Source of the DNA: Ministeria vibrans ATCC 50519
Lineage: Eukaryota > Protista > Filasterea
DNA: 64,000 nucleotides
Reading direction: 5' to 3'
Assembly (NCBI GenBank): GCA_943704425.1
Contig: CALSCP010000945.1
Span: 1-64,000, forward strand
Within the stretch, counting starts at the first letter, position 1. The number at the start of each line of letters is the position of its first letter. Both the position numbers and the translations under genes were made by a program. This document shows, in pieces, positions 14,301-27,861 of this stretch. The notes under the pieces are model-generated. The model saw only the letters and a program-made list of their open reading frames with translations, was not told the DNA's origin and made no database searches.

Positions 14301-15804
14301 ATGTCGGACGACGACGACGACGACGACGCGTATGCGTTCTTGGGTGCCATTGATGTTGATGCGTTGGCTGCGGGAACGCTAGCAGAGATCGAGAAAAAAG
14401 CAGAGGTCAGACGTGAATCGTGCGCGTTTGCAGCCGCAGACGCAACGTTCACCTCGGCATCGTCCCTCATGCCCAATCGGCTCTCTTGCAACAAACAACA
14501 TGCCTCGTCCACGAGCGCTGCCGCGCCGATGTCTTCTTCAGCGAGCAATCCCATCGAAAAGTCAACACCTGCAATTCGTTCTGCCGTCGACACCCGTACC
14601 GCCTCGTCTGGGTTCTTTGCGAAACGCACGCCCGCCACGACAGCACCATCTGCATCATCATCATTATTATCATCATCAGTGACACCTTCATCCTTATCAC
14701 GTGCACCAGCGGTCGCAGTACCCGCAGCGGCAGCATCGGCCACCGCCACCACCGCTCCCTTTATTCCTGCCTCGTCGACTGCATCGCCCTTTCCATCAGT
14801 GCCACGTCGCGAATTTAGCACGGTAGTCCATCACGACAACACATCGACACCTACGTTTGACCGCGAAGCGGGTGCCACCTGGGTGTATCCCACCAACTTC
14901 CCAGTGCGCGACTACCAACGAAACATTGTCCAGGCGGCACTCCTCAACAACGTCTTTGTGTGTCTCCCCACTGGTCTCGGTAAAACTTTCATTGCCGCCG
15001 TCGTCATGTACAACTACTACCGTTGGTTCCCCACCGGCAAAGTTATCTTCATGGCTCCCACAAAACCTCTGGTCACACAACAAATCGAGGCTTGCTACAA
15101 CATCACTGGCATCTCCCAAGAAGACGTACAACAAATTATTAATATAATATTATTGTTATTACTATTACTATTATTCTAATATTGTTTTTTCATTATTTCT
15201 TCCCTTTGGTTTTGCTATGTGTGTTTTGTATTTTGTATCAATTTTTTACAACATAAAATAATTCGATTTGTAGTCTGTTGTGCTCACTGGTGCCAAGGCG
15301 CAGCCCGCAGAACGTCCTCGATTGTGGCGCGAGAAGCGCGTCTTCTACATCACACCACAAGTATGCAATATGATTCCAAACCAAACTTTGAATTGCTTGT
15401 TTGTAGGTCATCCAAAATGACCTCCACGCCGACAAGTGCCCTGCCTCGGATATTGTTTTGCTGGTGATTGACGAGGCTCATCGTGCCGTGGGCCAGGCCG
15501 CCTATTGTCAGGTTGTGCAAGCACTTCAGCGTCGCAACCCACGCTTTCGTGTGCTCTGCCTTTCGGCTACGCCAGGCGACGACGCCAGCACCATCCAGTC
15601 GGTCATTACCAACACTCTCACTTCACGCATCGAATTGCGCACCGAACAATCGCTGGACATTCGCGAATACATTCACCGTCGCCGCGTCGACGTCATTCCT
15701 ATTGCACCCGACGATCCACTCCGTCACGCAACCGCTCTTCTTTCCGACTTTCTCCGAACGGTACCAAACAAATCAAAAGCATACATTATTATTATTATTA
15801 ATAA

Positions 15805-15837
<33 letters not shown>

Positions 15838-15944
15838 CATTATTATTATTATTACTATTGTTATCATTATTATTATTATTATTAATATTATTATTATTAT
15901 CAGTATTATTATCAGTATTATTATCATTATTATTACCTTTTTTC

Positions 15945-16024
<80 letters not shown>

Positions 16025-18970
16025 TATTATTATTAATCATCTTTTTTTAGACTCTTCAATCCCTATGCAACGTGGGTGCCGTGTTTAGCAGCGACCCCGA
16101 GAGCGCCTCGGCCTTTGGCATGGTCGAAGCGTCGCGTCGAATCCGCCAGCGACCTCCACCACAGCTTGCTGGCAAGGCTCAGGCAATTGGCGCATGCATT
16201 GCGCAGCTGGGTATGGCCGGATCATTTGGTCATGCACTCGAGCTGCTGCAGTTCTACGGCTCGGGCGCATGTCTCCGCTACCTGTCCTGCATCGGCGCCG
16301 GCACCAAGGGCGGTCACATGGCCAAGGCGGAACTCCGCTCCAATGCCAAACTTGTCGAGCTCATGCGCGTGCTTCAAGACATGAGCCGTGCCAATGCTCG
16401 TGCACCCATCTGCAAAGGCAATCCCAAGCTTGCGCGTCTCTCGTCGCTTCTTGACGAACACTTCACGCGTCACGGTGACAACACTCGCGTCATGATATTC
16501 TCCAACTTTCGTGACTCTGTCGGCGACATTGTCCACCTGCTTGGCATGCTGCGTCCCAAGGTGAAGCCCGTCGCGTTTGTTGGTCAGAGCAGTAGCGCCA
16601 GCTCAAGTGGTCCCAAACAGTCCAAGAAGGGCAAGAACAAGGGCGACAAGGGCGCGGACACAGACACCCCTCTGGTCACGACTGGCGAAAACGACGTGGA
16701 CGACGGTGCGGTCAACGACAACGACAACGGCGACGTGGCTCTGGCGCCTGTCACTGCGCTATCGCAACGTCAGCAGGTGGCCGTCATCAAGGACTTCAAA
16801 GAAGGCATCTACAACACTATTGTGGCGACGTGCGTCGGCGAAGAGGGCCTCGACATTGGCGAGGTCGATCTCATTGTGTGTTTTGACGCCAACGGCTCGG
16901 CAACTCGTCTCATTCAGCGCATGGGACGCACCGGTCGCAAACGTGATGGTCGCATTGTCATGTTGCTCAGCAAGGGTCGGGAAGAGGCCGTCTACCAGCG
17001 ATCCCAGTCAAAGTGCCGTTCCATCAACAATGTTGTGGCCAAGGCCAAGAGTTCCCTCAAATTTTACGATGCCACGCCTCGCATGGTGCCCGACGACATC
17101 AAGCCCGTCATTGACTTTGTCAAAATCGACGTGGGTCTGTTCCAGACCTCGCCCAGTCCACGCACGAAACGCGCCCAGAAAAAGGCTTCGGCTGCCGAAG
17201 CCAAGGCGGCCGCGCGCGACGCTAAAGCCTCGGCCAAACTGGCCGCATCCTCCTCCTCCTCCACTGTCACTACGGCGGCAACCAACTCGCTCCTGACCAT
17301 GGCACAACAGCAAAAGTACGATCAGTGCTACCGTGATGTACCGCGCACCAATGTGTACGCGTCGCTCGAGTCCGGTCGTTGGTCCAAGCTCTTTGCCATT
17401 CCCTCGTCCGTTCACTTTGTCGAGCACTCCAACGACTCCGTTGCACTCATGACCGTTGCCAGCGACTGCGTTCAGCTTTCCAATTGTGACACCCTCGACG
17501 ACGTGTCGCTCATTCTCTTTGACTATGACATTGATCAGGCTCGACGTGACGTCTCCATCGTACCCGCCGTCAAACCTCGGCAAAAGGAGGCCGCCAACCG
17601 CGACAACAATGGTGGCGCACCCATCGACCTGACTGAGACGTCGCCCGTAACAACGAAAAAGCCCTTTGGATTGCACATCGACTCATCCGACGACGACGAT
17701 GACGAGGAGGAGGAGGAGGAGGAGGTGGGGGACTTCTTTCAACGTGATGATGGTGATGAGCGCAGCGACAACGATGACACCGATTTGCTCAAGAGTGCCT
17801 TTAACACGCTGACGACAACGACAACGACAACGACGGTCGCAGCAAAAACACTCCCAGTGCGTCGGCGAGTGGATTTCTCCTTGGACATTGACACTACGTT
17901 GTCGCCCAAGCCCACACACCCCTTGAAACTTTTCGTCGCTGCCAACAACAACAAAGCCGATAACGACAACCTTTATGATGACTCTGACGACTTTGAACCT
18001 GTACAATCCCAACCTGTTCTCAACGACACTGGCCTCACCACCACCACCACCACCGCCATCACAACATCAACTACAAATACGACACGCACTTCGTGCTCAT
18101 TGTCATCACGCATGCCTTCACTGTCGCCATCGCCCTGGGACGACGCTCCCTGCATCAACGAACCCCATGCGGGACTTGTTCCCTCACCGCCCCGACTTCC
18201 ACAGTCTGCCTGGCTCGATGACCACACCTCTTCCTCGCAGGTCCCCACAGACGCTCAGCTCTCAACGACAATCACCGTGCCTCCAGCTCCCATCATCACC
18301 GCCAATTCACCCCCCGCGTCCCTTGAGAGCAATCTCCTCTTGCAAGACGCCGTCGAGGACGACGCCCTTCTAAATCTCGACTTGGACAACCTCGTGTCTC
18401 CCGTGCCCAACCTCGACGCAACGATTGCACCGCCTCCCATCTCAACACAGCCTTTTGTTGCTGCACCTACCACGCCGTCGCCTTTCAAGAAACGCTCGCT
18501 CTCTCTCAAGCGGCGCTCCTCTTCTGCCTCCTCCACAACCTCGTCGCCTGTCGCAGTCAAAGCGACACTTGCGTCCGCTGTCGACGACTCCAAGCATCAT
18601 TTCACAGTCGATCCTCACACGCTTACATTGCCTTCACCACCTGCCCCCCATATGCATGCCTCCTTCTCACCGGCGACTCCCTCGCCTGGGCCCGCCGTGC
18701 GTGGCCATCGTCGTCGCGTAGTCATTGATTCCTCCGTCGAGAGTTGTGCGTCAGCCAAGAGCCTGTTGGCGCTCCACCACAACAATAACGAGGTGCCCGA
18801 TGAAGAGGACGACGACCAGCAGACGCCGACACCCGTCGTGATGCGCAAACGCTCACGCCGCACTGTTGTCGTGTCCTCTTCCGAAGAACCTGCAACACCC
18901 ACCAGTGTGAGAGGCCCACCGTCCAAGAGACGCGCCACTGAAGCCGCGACAGCAACAACAACAACAACAA

Positions 18971-19027
<57 letters not shown>

Positions 19028-20793
19028 GTGCTGGTGCTGGTGGTTCTCCCGTTCGTACCAAGACGATGGCTGATTTGGTCGAAGATGATGACGACGACGA
19101 TTTCGAAAGCGCGCCGCCGCCTCTTCGATCTGTTCCCCTGTTGTCGACGCGCGTCGAGGCGTCGTCTTCGCCTGCATCACCTGTTGCGGTCACGCGTGTG
19201 ACCAAGCGAAAGAAACGACGCTTACGCAATGCCTTTCTTGACGAAGAGGCTAGCGAGGTGGATGAGGAGGATGAAATTGAGCTAACTGGTGGGGAAAGCA
19301 GCGTTAATGACGATGATGGTCCGAAGAAGAAAAAGGCCCGTCGTTCACGTCGTGTTAAGGATGCGGATGATGATGATGAGGAGGAGGAGGAGGAAGAGGA
19401 CGATGCATATGAGAGTTCGTTTGTCGATGATCAGAGTGGCGTGTCGTCGTCGGCCAAGACGGACCGTTCAGCGGTGGACATGCCGGCGCTGTACCAACGG
19501 TCGCTCCTGTTGGACGACTTGCCCTTTCGCAAGGGGGTCAGCATGGCCCCCCAACGACGTTCAGCTGGGGCAGGAGTGCGTCGTCGTGTGGCTGTGGTGG
19601 ATGATTCGGATGACGATCTGGAAGGCGACGATGGCGATGACGATGAGTATGAGTGCGGGAGCTTTGTGGTCGACGATGAGGAGGAGGAAGACGATGGAGA
19701 GGAGGTAGAGGATGAGGATGGTGGTGGCACTGATAATGGAGAGGATGATGCGAATGAGGATGGAGATGATATTGAAGCGATTGTTCAAGCTGCTCTTTTG
19801 GCGAGCGATCATGTGCCTTCCAAAAAGAATGACAGCGTGACAAATCATGTGAAGAAGAAACGTCCCTTTCAACTCGTACTCGATGATGATGATGACGACG
19901 ACGACGATGACGATGACGATGGTGATGATGTTGCTGTGGAGGTTATTGAGCAGGTCGAGAGCACTCTTCTAGTGGGATCGTCGTCGCCAAAGCGACACAA
20001 GGCGACTTTGCCGCTCTCACCTTCTTCCCATGGACCACGGCAGACGGTGGTAGCCGTGGCGCCCGTTGGGAGTCTTACGGTTGTGGTGGATACGCGTGAG
20101 CCGGCACGCGGCAAAGTTGGCTCGTTGTTGCGTGTGCGTGCCGACGTTACGGCGGTGTCGTACTCGTTGCCGTCGGCCGTTGATTTCGCAGTGAGTGCTC
20201 GTATGGCGGTGAAACGTGCGAGTCAAGAGGAGCTGGCAATGTGCGGCGCAGGGAAGCTCCTTGAGTCCCTGGCGCCGGTGCAAGCAGTCTTTGACACGGT
20301 TTGGATCATTCTGGAGGCACCTTTGTCACCAGCGCTCACAGGTGGCGCGGCGCGCAAGAAACAAGGACCAGCCTTTGCGGGTGCGGCGGGTGTGACAAGC
20401 GATGAGACCCCCGCACGCCAGACGCAGGCCATTGCGGCACTGCGTCAGCGCGGCTTTCGTCTCCTTTTCAGCGCATCTCCGGAAAAGTCTGCGCTTTTGG
20501 TGTACACCCTTGGTGATGCTGAACGCTCAAACGGCCGTCAACTATCGGCGGCCGCCCTCACTGTTCTTGAGCGTGCCTCTTCCGCCCCCTCGCCTCTTTT
20601 TCTTGCCCTTTTACCCACGCCTGGCGTCAACGCACTGAGCGCAGCCATTGTCGCCTCGTCCTTTGACTCCATGGGCGCTCTTACATCTGCTGTGTCCGCC
20701 GATGCGATCCGCACTCGCTGCGGCGTCTCCCTCTCGCGTCGCGCCGCCTCCCATGTGTATTCCTTTGTGCACCATGGAGTTGTACAACAATAA
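14301..20793 (+). CDS. FANCM: FANCM/Mph1 DEAH translocase with C-terminal degenerate ERCC4 and HhH domains, 4 exons
   Basis: WVYPTNFPVRDYQ, LPTGLGKTFIAAVVMYNYYRWFP, VIDEAHRA, LSATPG, ATCVGEEGLDIGEVDLI, QRMGRTGRKR, FLDEEASE, VVVDTRE; three GT-AG introns. Confidence 0.95.
15785..16035. repeat. (ATT)n microsatellite filling FANCM intron 3
   Basis: Seen directly; it explains the spurious poly-Ile/Leu/Tyr ORFs. Confidence 0.95.
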
Positions 20794-20917
20794 AGAACGT
20801 GTAGACTGACTGTAGTAAATATTGTCTTTTGAGTTCATAAACTTCATATTGTTCAGATTGTTATTCTCCTTTCTTTTATTCAGATTATTGTTCTCGTTGA
20901 GACTAAAACGTCACTGC

Positions 20918-23869
20918 ATGGCGCATGGACGACGACGCACAGTCGTCATCGCCGCGGCGTTGCTCATAGCAACTGCCTTAATGATGTTTGGGGGTTACTC
21001 GGCACGCTGGGCAGTCCGCTCGCGCCCATTCTCCCCCACCATTCGCAAGGGTCCTTTGCAAACGTGTACACAGACAACAGTTGGGTCGAGTGAATTCTCG
21101 TGTGCCTGGGAGCTGCCTCACGCAAGTGACGACTCTGCATTGTTTACCGTCTCCATCCTATTTCTGCTCGGTCTCTTCAATACGTGCCTTCTCTTTGTCA
21201 GGTATGCCTTGTCCATAGGAAAACGTCTCATGCTACGCTCGAATCGTGTTTTTCTATTGTCAGTTTTGGGCATTGAGTGATTTGCAGAAGTGTTTTACAC
21301 ACACACACAGTTTTTTGGTATTTGCTTACGTAATGATTTGTTTTTTTTCCTTCATCACACCTTGTGAATGGCACCATTTACCCTGCCATGGGTGTGCAGC
21401 TTTCTTGTATGGGTTTTTCATGGGTTGTGTCGAGCTCGCCGGCCGCTGTGGCTGTTTGGATGGGCGGCGGGGACAGCGCTAGTGCTGGTGGCTGCGCTCT
21501 TTGTGTACCCTGTGTCGTTTGCGACGCTCACGGGCACGGACGGACGCATGGGCGCGCCCTACAGCCTGCCCTTGTCCTGGGCATTGTCGTATGGACTCGC
21601 CGTGGCCGCCATTGGCGTTGCTCTTGTCGTCTTTGTGGCGGCACTGCTGTTCCGTCTGCCTCCGCCAGGGCACGTGCGCAGTGCGGCCGACCGCTACACG
21701 GAGCGCCTCGAGTCGCGGCGGGAACTTCCGTTCGCCGACGACATTGACGATAGCCTTGTGGACACCGTTTTGAGCCTGCCGGATCGCTCGCTGCCGCTGG
21801 CCATTGCGGAACATGGCCAACAGGACGAGTCGCCGCCCATGCGCCCCACCAAACAGACCAAAGCCAAAACAAAGGCTGGGCGGATGCTCTCCGACCAGGC
21901 TAATCTGGCGCTGATGGCGGCAACAGGCGTCGTCAATGGCGACACTGTAGACCCTTTGACAGGCGTTGGACGTGTGCTCGGGGCTGCCGACAGTGCAATC
22001 GGATCCAACCAGGAACACGACTACGACAAGGTCATCGACGACCACGTCGACGTCGAACGCCGGAAGGTCCGATCGTCCACATCACCGGCTCTGTCGCCCA
22101 TGTCGGAGGCGCGTCGTCGTCGTCAACTGTGGCAGAGTGTGGTTGACACAGATATTGATGGAAAAAGAGGACGAGGTGCGCAGGAGACGGGGGCGGATGT
22201 GGACGCCACAATGCAGGCGGTGCTCAGTGACATCTACCACATTCCGGCGGACGTCGTGTACGATACGCTTGAGCTGAGTAGTCACCAACTCATAGAAATG
22301 CAACGCAAAGAGGTGAGTCGCTCGGGACGCGAGGCGACATGTCGACGGCTCTCCGCGCGCGGCATTGATCCGCCACTCAGTCCCGAGCCGATTTATCTTG
22401 AGCCAGACTTGACGCCAACCTCATCGCTTGCTGCCGGTGCGACGTCGGCGCCGTCGTCCTCGCGCGCGAAGGCGAAGGCGGGGCCTCGCCACAGCATGCC
22501 CGAGTGCATCCCGATGGAGTCTCTGGCGCACCGACAGCAGATGATCATGACGACAGCGCACCTGCGTGGCAAAGCACGCCATTCCCTCGCCGGTAACTTT
22601 CTCCAGCGCACCACACCCAGTGCCCCGTCGTTTGGATCCGCCAACAACATTAGCGGCAGCAGCAACAGCAGTGGCCCTGGCGTTAGCTACGGCAACGCCA
22701 CGTCGACACAGCGTGTCACGCCCCCCGAGCCCATCTACGCCACCATCGATCCGTTTCAGCATGCGCAGGAGCAGCCCCGACGAGCCAGCGACAGCAGACC
22801 TGGCGCTCTCCTTGCCGACCAGACCGCCTATCTGGCCAAGCAGGCGGCTCGCACGCGCCCCGACAGCTATGCGGCAGCTCAGCGCCAGCCTATTGTGCTC
22901 AACGATGACGACACCGAAGACGACGATGCCCCGCCAGGCCCATACGGCCATGTCCGTATTCTCGGTGCATTTGTCAGCGAGTTTGAGCACGACTCGTACA
23001 TCTTCGCCCCAACACCGAGTACACTGACTAGTGCACTCTCTCACCATGTGCACCAACACCCTGACCATCATCCTTCTGCTCCTGCTCTGCCCCCTTCAAA
23101 CTCAAATGCGAGTTTCCACCGTCGTCGCAGCAGTGGCGGCAGTGTCAGTGGTCATGGGGCGATTGTGGTCACACACTCACGTCCAGCTGACGATCACAAC
23201 CCTCGTCGTCGATCCCGTCTCCACCACAGCAGCGATAGCGCTTCCTTTGCTGCTGCTACCACTAGTACCGGTGCCGGTACGCCATCTTGCATGTCAATGA
23301 TGTCCGCAGCAGCAGTCTCGTCGCCCTATCACTCCGAATCCAACAGCAGCGCGTCAGGAGAGAGGACTAGGCCGCCCGTCGCGGCACCGGCTATCACCAC
23401 TCCACCCGACTCGCCCTACGCCTCTATTGATCGCACACCAAAACAGGCACGACGGCGTCTTTCTCGCGATCTTGCTCTCGAAGCGGCACCCCCACCCGGC
23501 GAGGACCACGTCTACGGCGAGGAGACGCTGGCGCGTCAAGAGGCACGGCGCATGCGCTATGAGCAGCCCCAGCCACAGGCACACGCGCCCATCCAGCGAC
23601 GTCCCAGCAGTGCACTGTCGTCACGCTCTTCACTAGGTCCCAATGTTCCGTTACTACAATGGCCCTTCAGATCGCAGTCGACAGACGGCGCCGAGCCCAC
23701 AGCACGTCCCTCAAGCAGTGGCAGTGCGCGAGACGACACTGTGTCTGTGGCGTCCGTCGTCACCGACCTCTCCAGTCCTCCTGCCTCTCCAGTCGCCACC
23801 CCCATACAATATTCTCGTGCTGGCTCTCGCATCGCGCGCATTCCATCCCACGTACAAGAGGAGTTCTAA
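20918..23869 (+). CDS. Four-TM claudin/PMP22/LHFPL-like protein with a very long Tyr-motif-rich cytoplasmic tail (2 exons, intron 21202-21399)
   Basis: Four hydrophobic segments; first loop W..KGPLQTC-x11-C resembles the claudin W-GLW-C-C signature; about 730 aa low-complexity tail with EPIYA and other Tyr motifs. Confidence 0.65.
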
Positions 23870-23967
23870 ATTATTATTGTTATTATTATTATTCTTATTA
23901 TTATTCAAAGAGGAATCTCGCTGTAAAATTAAAAATGAGTATTCAGCATATTTTACGCAATCACCCG

Positions 23968-26900
23968 ATGGGAAACTCAGAATCAATCGTGGCAGATGGC
24001 AACATCGCGGCGACGGATGCCAGCGTGCCCTCTGTGACCAATCTCGTTGAAGCCAATGCTGAAATTCAGCGACTGGTCGACCAGACGGGATTCAAGGTCG
24101 ACCAGGACGGCTGCTACCAAGTGAGCCCTGCACTGACTGCTCGCGACGCCAACACGACTCTCGCCGTGCTTAGAGGAATTCTCCAGCAAGTTCGTCAAAA
24201 AAAAAAAAAAATGAAGCAACGTTTTTCTTTCTTGTGCTGACACGACACTTTGCGACAGCTTAAAGTACTCGCGCCTGCACCCACTGCCGCGGACAACAAA
24301 GAGGCGAGCAGTAGTCGCGAAGAGCTGCTCAATGCTTACCGTCGATCGTTTGTGGACGCACAGCACTTGGGCGGCGTCCTCTACCTGCGAATCGTCAAGC
24401 GTGTGCCGGTACGGTGCACTATCCGAGCACACGCACACACACTCAGCAGTGGCACACACCACAGTCACACACACACACACACATACACGGCAATGTCACA
24501 CACACACACACACACACATACACAGCAATGTCACAACAGCAATGTCACACACACACACATACACGGCAATGTCACACACACACACACACACACATACACA
24601 GCAATGTCACAACAGCAATGTCACACACACCACAGTCACACACACACACACACACAAGTCACAAAGACACATACATACACACAAATTTGCTCTCATTCCT
24701 TTCCCTTCTCAATCTATCCCCCTCAAAATAAGTAGGCAGCTCAGAAGAAGAAGGCGAGCTTCTCGGCAATGCAGGTGCTGCAGCGTGCCTTCACTATGGC
24801 CAACCGAAACGCATCTCTGTCAGCCTCGATTCCTTCAGAGGTGATGCTCTCCATCGCTTCAGGCCTTTCATACGCTACCCATGTGGTGGCCATGACCACG
24901 CCGGCAACCGACCCAGAGATGCGTCGCGAGTACTTCTCCAAGGCCCTCGAGTACGCTCGTCTGGCTCTGTCACTCGCCTCCTCCATTGCACCCACCTGTG
25001 TCGCCCATGCCCATTTGTACCTTGGAGACCTCCTTCAAAGCTACGTGGTGCCCGTTGAATTGATACCCGATGCACTCAGCGACGCGCTCGGCCACTACCA
25101 GCGAGCACTCGACTACTTTACGCGACGCAATGATATCGCCACCTGGCTCAACATCCACTTGGCCATGGCGGCCATCTACATTCGTGATCAGCTTGCAGGC
25201 GATCTTGAAGAGAAACTCGCGCTGTCGCATGGTCATCTGACTGTCGGGCTGGCCACGGCGCAGCGCCATGGTTTCCTGCGCACCTACGCCGACCTGCAAA
25301 ACAACATTGCGACCAACCACCTGCAGTCGCACATGAACGAGCCGAACCTCGAACGCCGCCTGGCACTCGTCGAAGAGGCCATCGAGCGCATGCAAGAGAG
25401 TCTCAAGGCCGATCTGGCCGCCGACGAGGCGCCCCGCGAAGCCGTCACCGACACATCTCAGGCGCCCGCCACGTTCACTTCAGTCGGCATCAACGCGTCG
25501 CCAGGCGTCCGCGTAGGCTTCACCTACTCCAACCTGGGCGTCGCCATGGTCATGCTTGCCGAGGCTCTCAGGCTCGTCGGTCGTGTTACCGATCACCGCA
25601 TCTTCTTTCGCGCCGCCTTGTACCAGCAGCGGGCTCTCGCCGTGCACATTGCCGAACGTCACTCACCGACAACCACGCTCAACAACCTCACAAATGCACT
25701 CCTTCCCGTTCCCCGCGCTCCCTTTGTTGCCGAGCGTGCCCTGCTCTTCTCGCAGGCCGCCAATGTTTGCTGTCACGGCTCTTTCCTCAGTGTCGGCGGC
25801 GACATTACCGCCAGCCCCGGTCGCGTTGCTCTCCTCGCCGCCGGTGGCGCAGGCATGCCCGCGCCATGCTCTCCCGCCCTTCTCACCGCCGCTCTTCGCT
25901 ATTGGGTTGACGACTCCTCTGAAGACTCCACCACCACTGCCACGACGACTACTAAAACTTCAACTTCTCATACTCTTCCTTCCACCCCGCGTCTCGTTCA
26001 TTGCTCCGCCTCATCGTACACCTACGACATTCCCAATGTCGGTCTGCTCCGTCTCACCCCCCTCTCGCGACAGTTTCCACTTCAAATCGACGAAGAACTT
26101 CAATTCCGTTTGTTCTTGGCCGCCCAGTCTCCCTCCTCCTCCGTCACACCCGTCATTCCACCGCGCTTCTCTAGACAGGGCGACAATCTCTACGTTGTCA
26201 TTGCGCACGATCCATCCGAAGACAGCTGCAACGAAGACAGCGACGAAGGTTCGCTCGAGAGTGACCAAGAAGAGGAGGATGATGATGAAGAAGAAGAAGA
26301 AGGGAATGAAGATGATGAGAAAGTCGGAGAAGAAGGAGAAGAAGAAGGGAATGAGGATGATGGAAAAGTCGGGGAGGAAGAGGGTGCGAATGGAAGCAAG
26401 AGACAGTCCCACGAGGTGTTTGTGGTGGGCCCTCGACCGCCGCCTATGTCTCAGCCCATGGAGGCTGCTAAACAGTTTGCGCGTCATTTGCGATGTGATC
26501 CGGGCTCCCACGTGGTTCTGGCGAGCGCCATCGAAGTAGCTCTGCGCGACGAGTACAAGAGCGTACTCAATGCCGACGGTGACGCAACGTCCGCGAGTCA
26601 ACGACTTCTTGGTTCGCCTCTGCAAGTGTGGACCGCGTGCATGTTTGAGCACCCACCGGCCAGCCACCATCACGTTCAGGTGTTGTCTCAGGCGACAAGC
26701 AGTAGCGACGTGATTGGCCTGTGGGCCGGTGCGCTGGCCCGTCTCCACGCCGCCTCTGCCTCCGCCACGGTACATGTCACTCCAGCCATTGGTAATGGTT
26801 CGCAATTCTCCCCAAGGAATCTACCCCCTGCCGCTGACGATGTCACCACTCCATCAACCGAAACACCACCACCCCTTTTCGACACATCGACCGACATTGG

Positions 26901-27624
26901 CACGGACGATTGTCCTCCCTCGCTGACACTCGTCGACAGTCCCGTGATTTACCTTCCGTCTGGCTCGACCGACAATAGCGCGTCGACAAAGACCATTCCG
27001 CCCATTGTGGACTTTGTGGAGACTGTGACGCGCTTTCGCAACGTGTGGTACACAGCGCACGAGCCACTCTTGCGTCGTGCACCCAGCAAATCGCCTAACG
27101 GCTCCTTCACCGCCGGCGACTGGCTCATTCTTGCCGCACCTGCTGCGCTGCAGAGACTTTCTGTGGAAGCACGCGAGTCGCTGTTGGACTCTCTCCGCTG
27201 GGGTCTATCGCTCCAGCCAACGCGCGCCACCTGTGGTCTCATCCACGGCAACCCACTGCCTCACGCCTTCACTCTCTCCGAGACGGACCACACACTCTGT
27301 TGGGGCTCGCTCGAAGATCTCCATGTTGGCTTCTACCTCTACGACATCTCCATTGTTCTTTTCGACGCCATCTACCTTCTCGACGAGGCGGAAGCCGCCG
27401 AATTTCGCACATCCTTTTTGGCCGCCTACTCGGCGGTCTCCGGCCAACAGATCAACACGGAACTTCTCGAGCGCTTTCTTCGTCTCCGCCGCTCCGTCCT
27501 TCTTCTCTACGCCCTCTACGTCCTGAGTTTCCCCGATTCCTTTGACGACGCTACTCAACACGCCTGCGATCAACTCGTCACCACCACCAGCAAATCCACA
27601 GAATTGACTGTGTCTGTCCCCTGA
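23968..27624 (+). CDS. Predicted N-myristoylated protein with helical (TPR-like) region, acidic tract and C-terminal APH/choline-kinase-like pseudo-phosphotransferase (3 exons)
   Basis: MGNSES start; TPR-like helices (AHLYLGDLL, TYSNLGVAMV); WAGALARLH, GLIHGNP, GFYLYDISIVL, FLAAYSAVS; introns 24190-24258 and 24409-24735. Confidence 0.65.
24425..24685. repeat. Compound (CA)n / GCAATGTCACA minisatellite in an intron
   Basis: Repeated CAATGTCACA units embedded in CA runs. Confidence 0.9.
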
Positions 27625-27861
27625 AGAATTAAACTCGAACATCCAAAAAGAATTTGGTCCACCTTATGGACCACTTGAACTCATTTGTACACCAACCACC
27701 GTTATAAACCCCCTCGTTATATACACTCAGCTCAGTTGTCACAATGACCGCCACTCAGTGTCACAATGGCTTATTACTTTTTTAAAAATAGAGGAAAATT
27801 TAAAAAAAATTTAAATTTTTAAACACTTTTATTCATCGTATCCATCCTTTGTAGTAGCACT

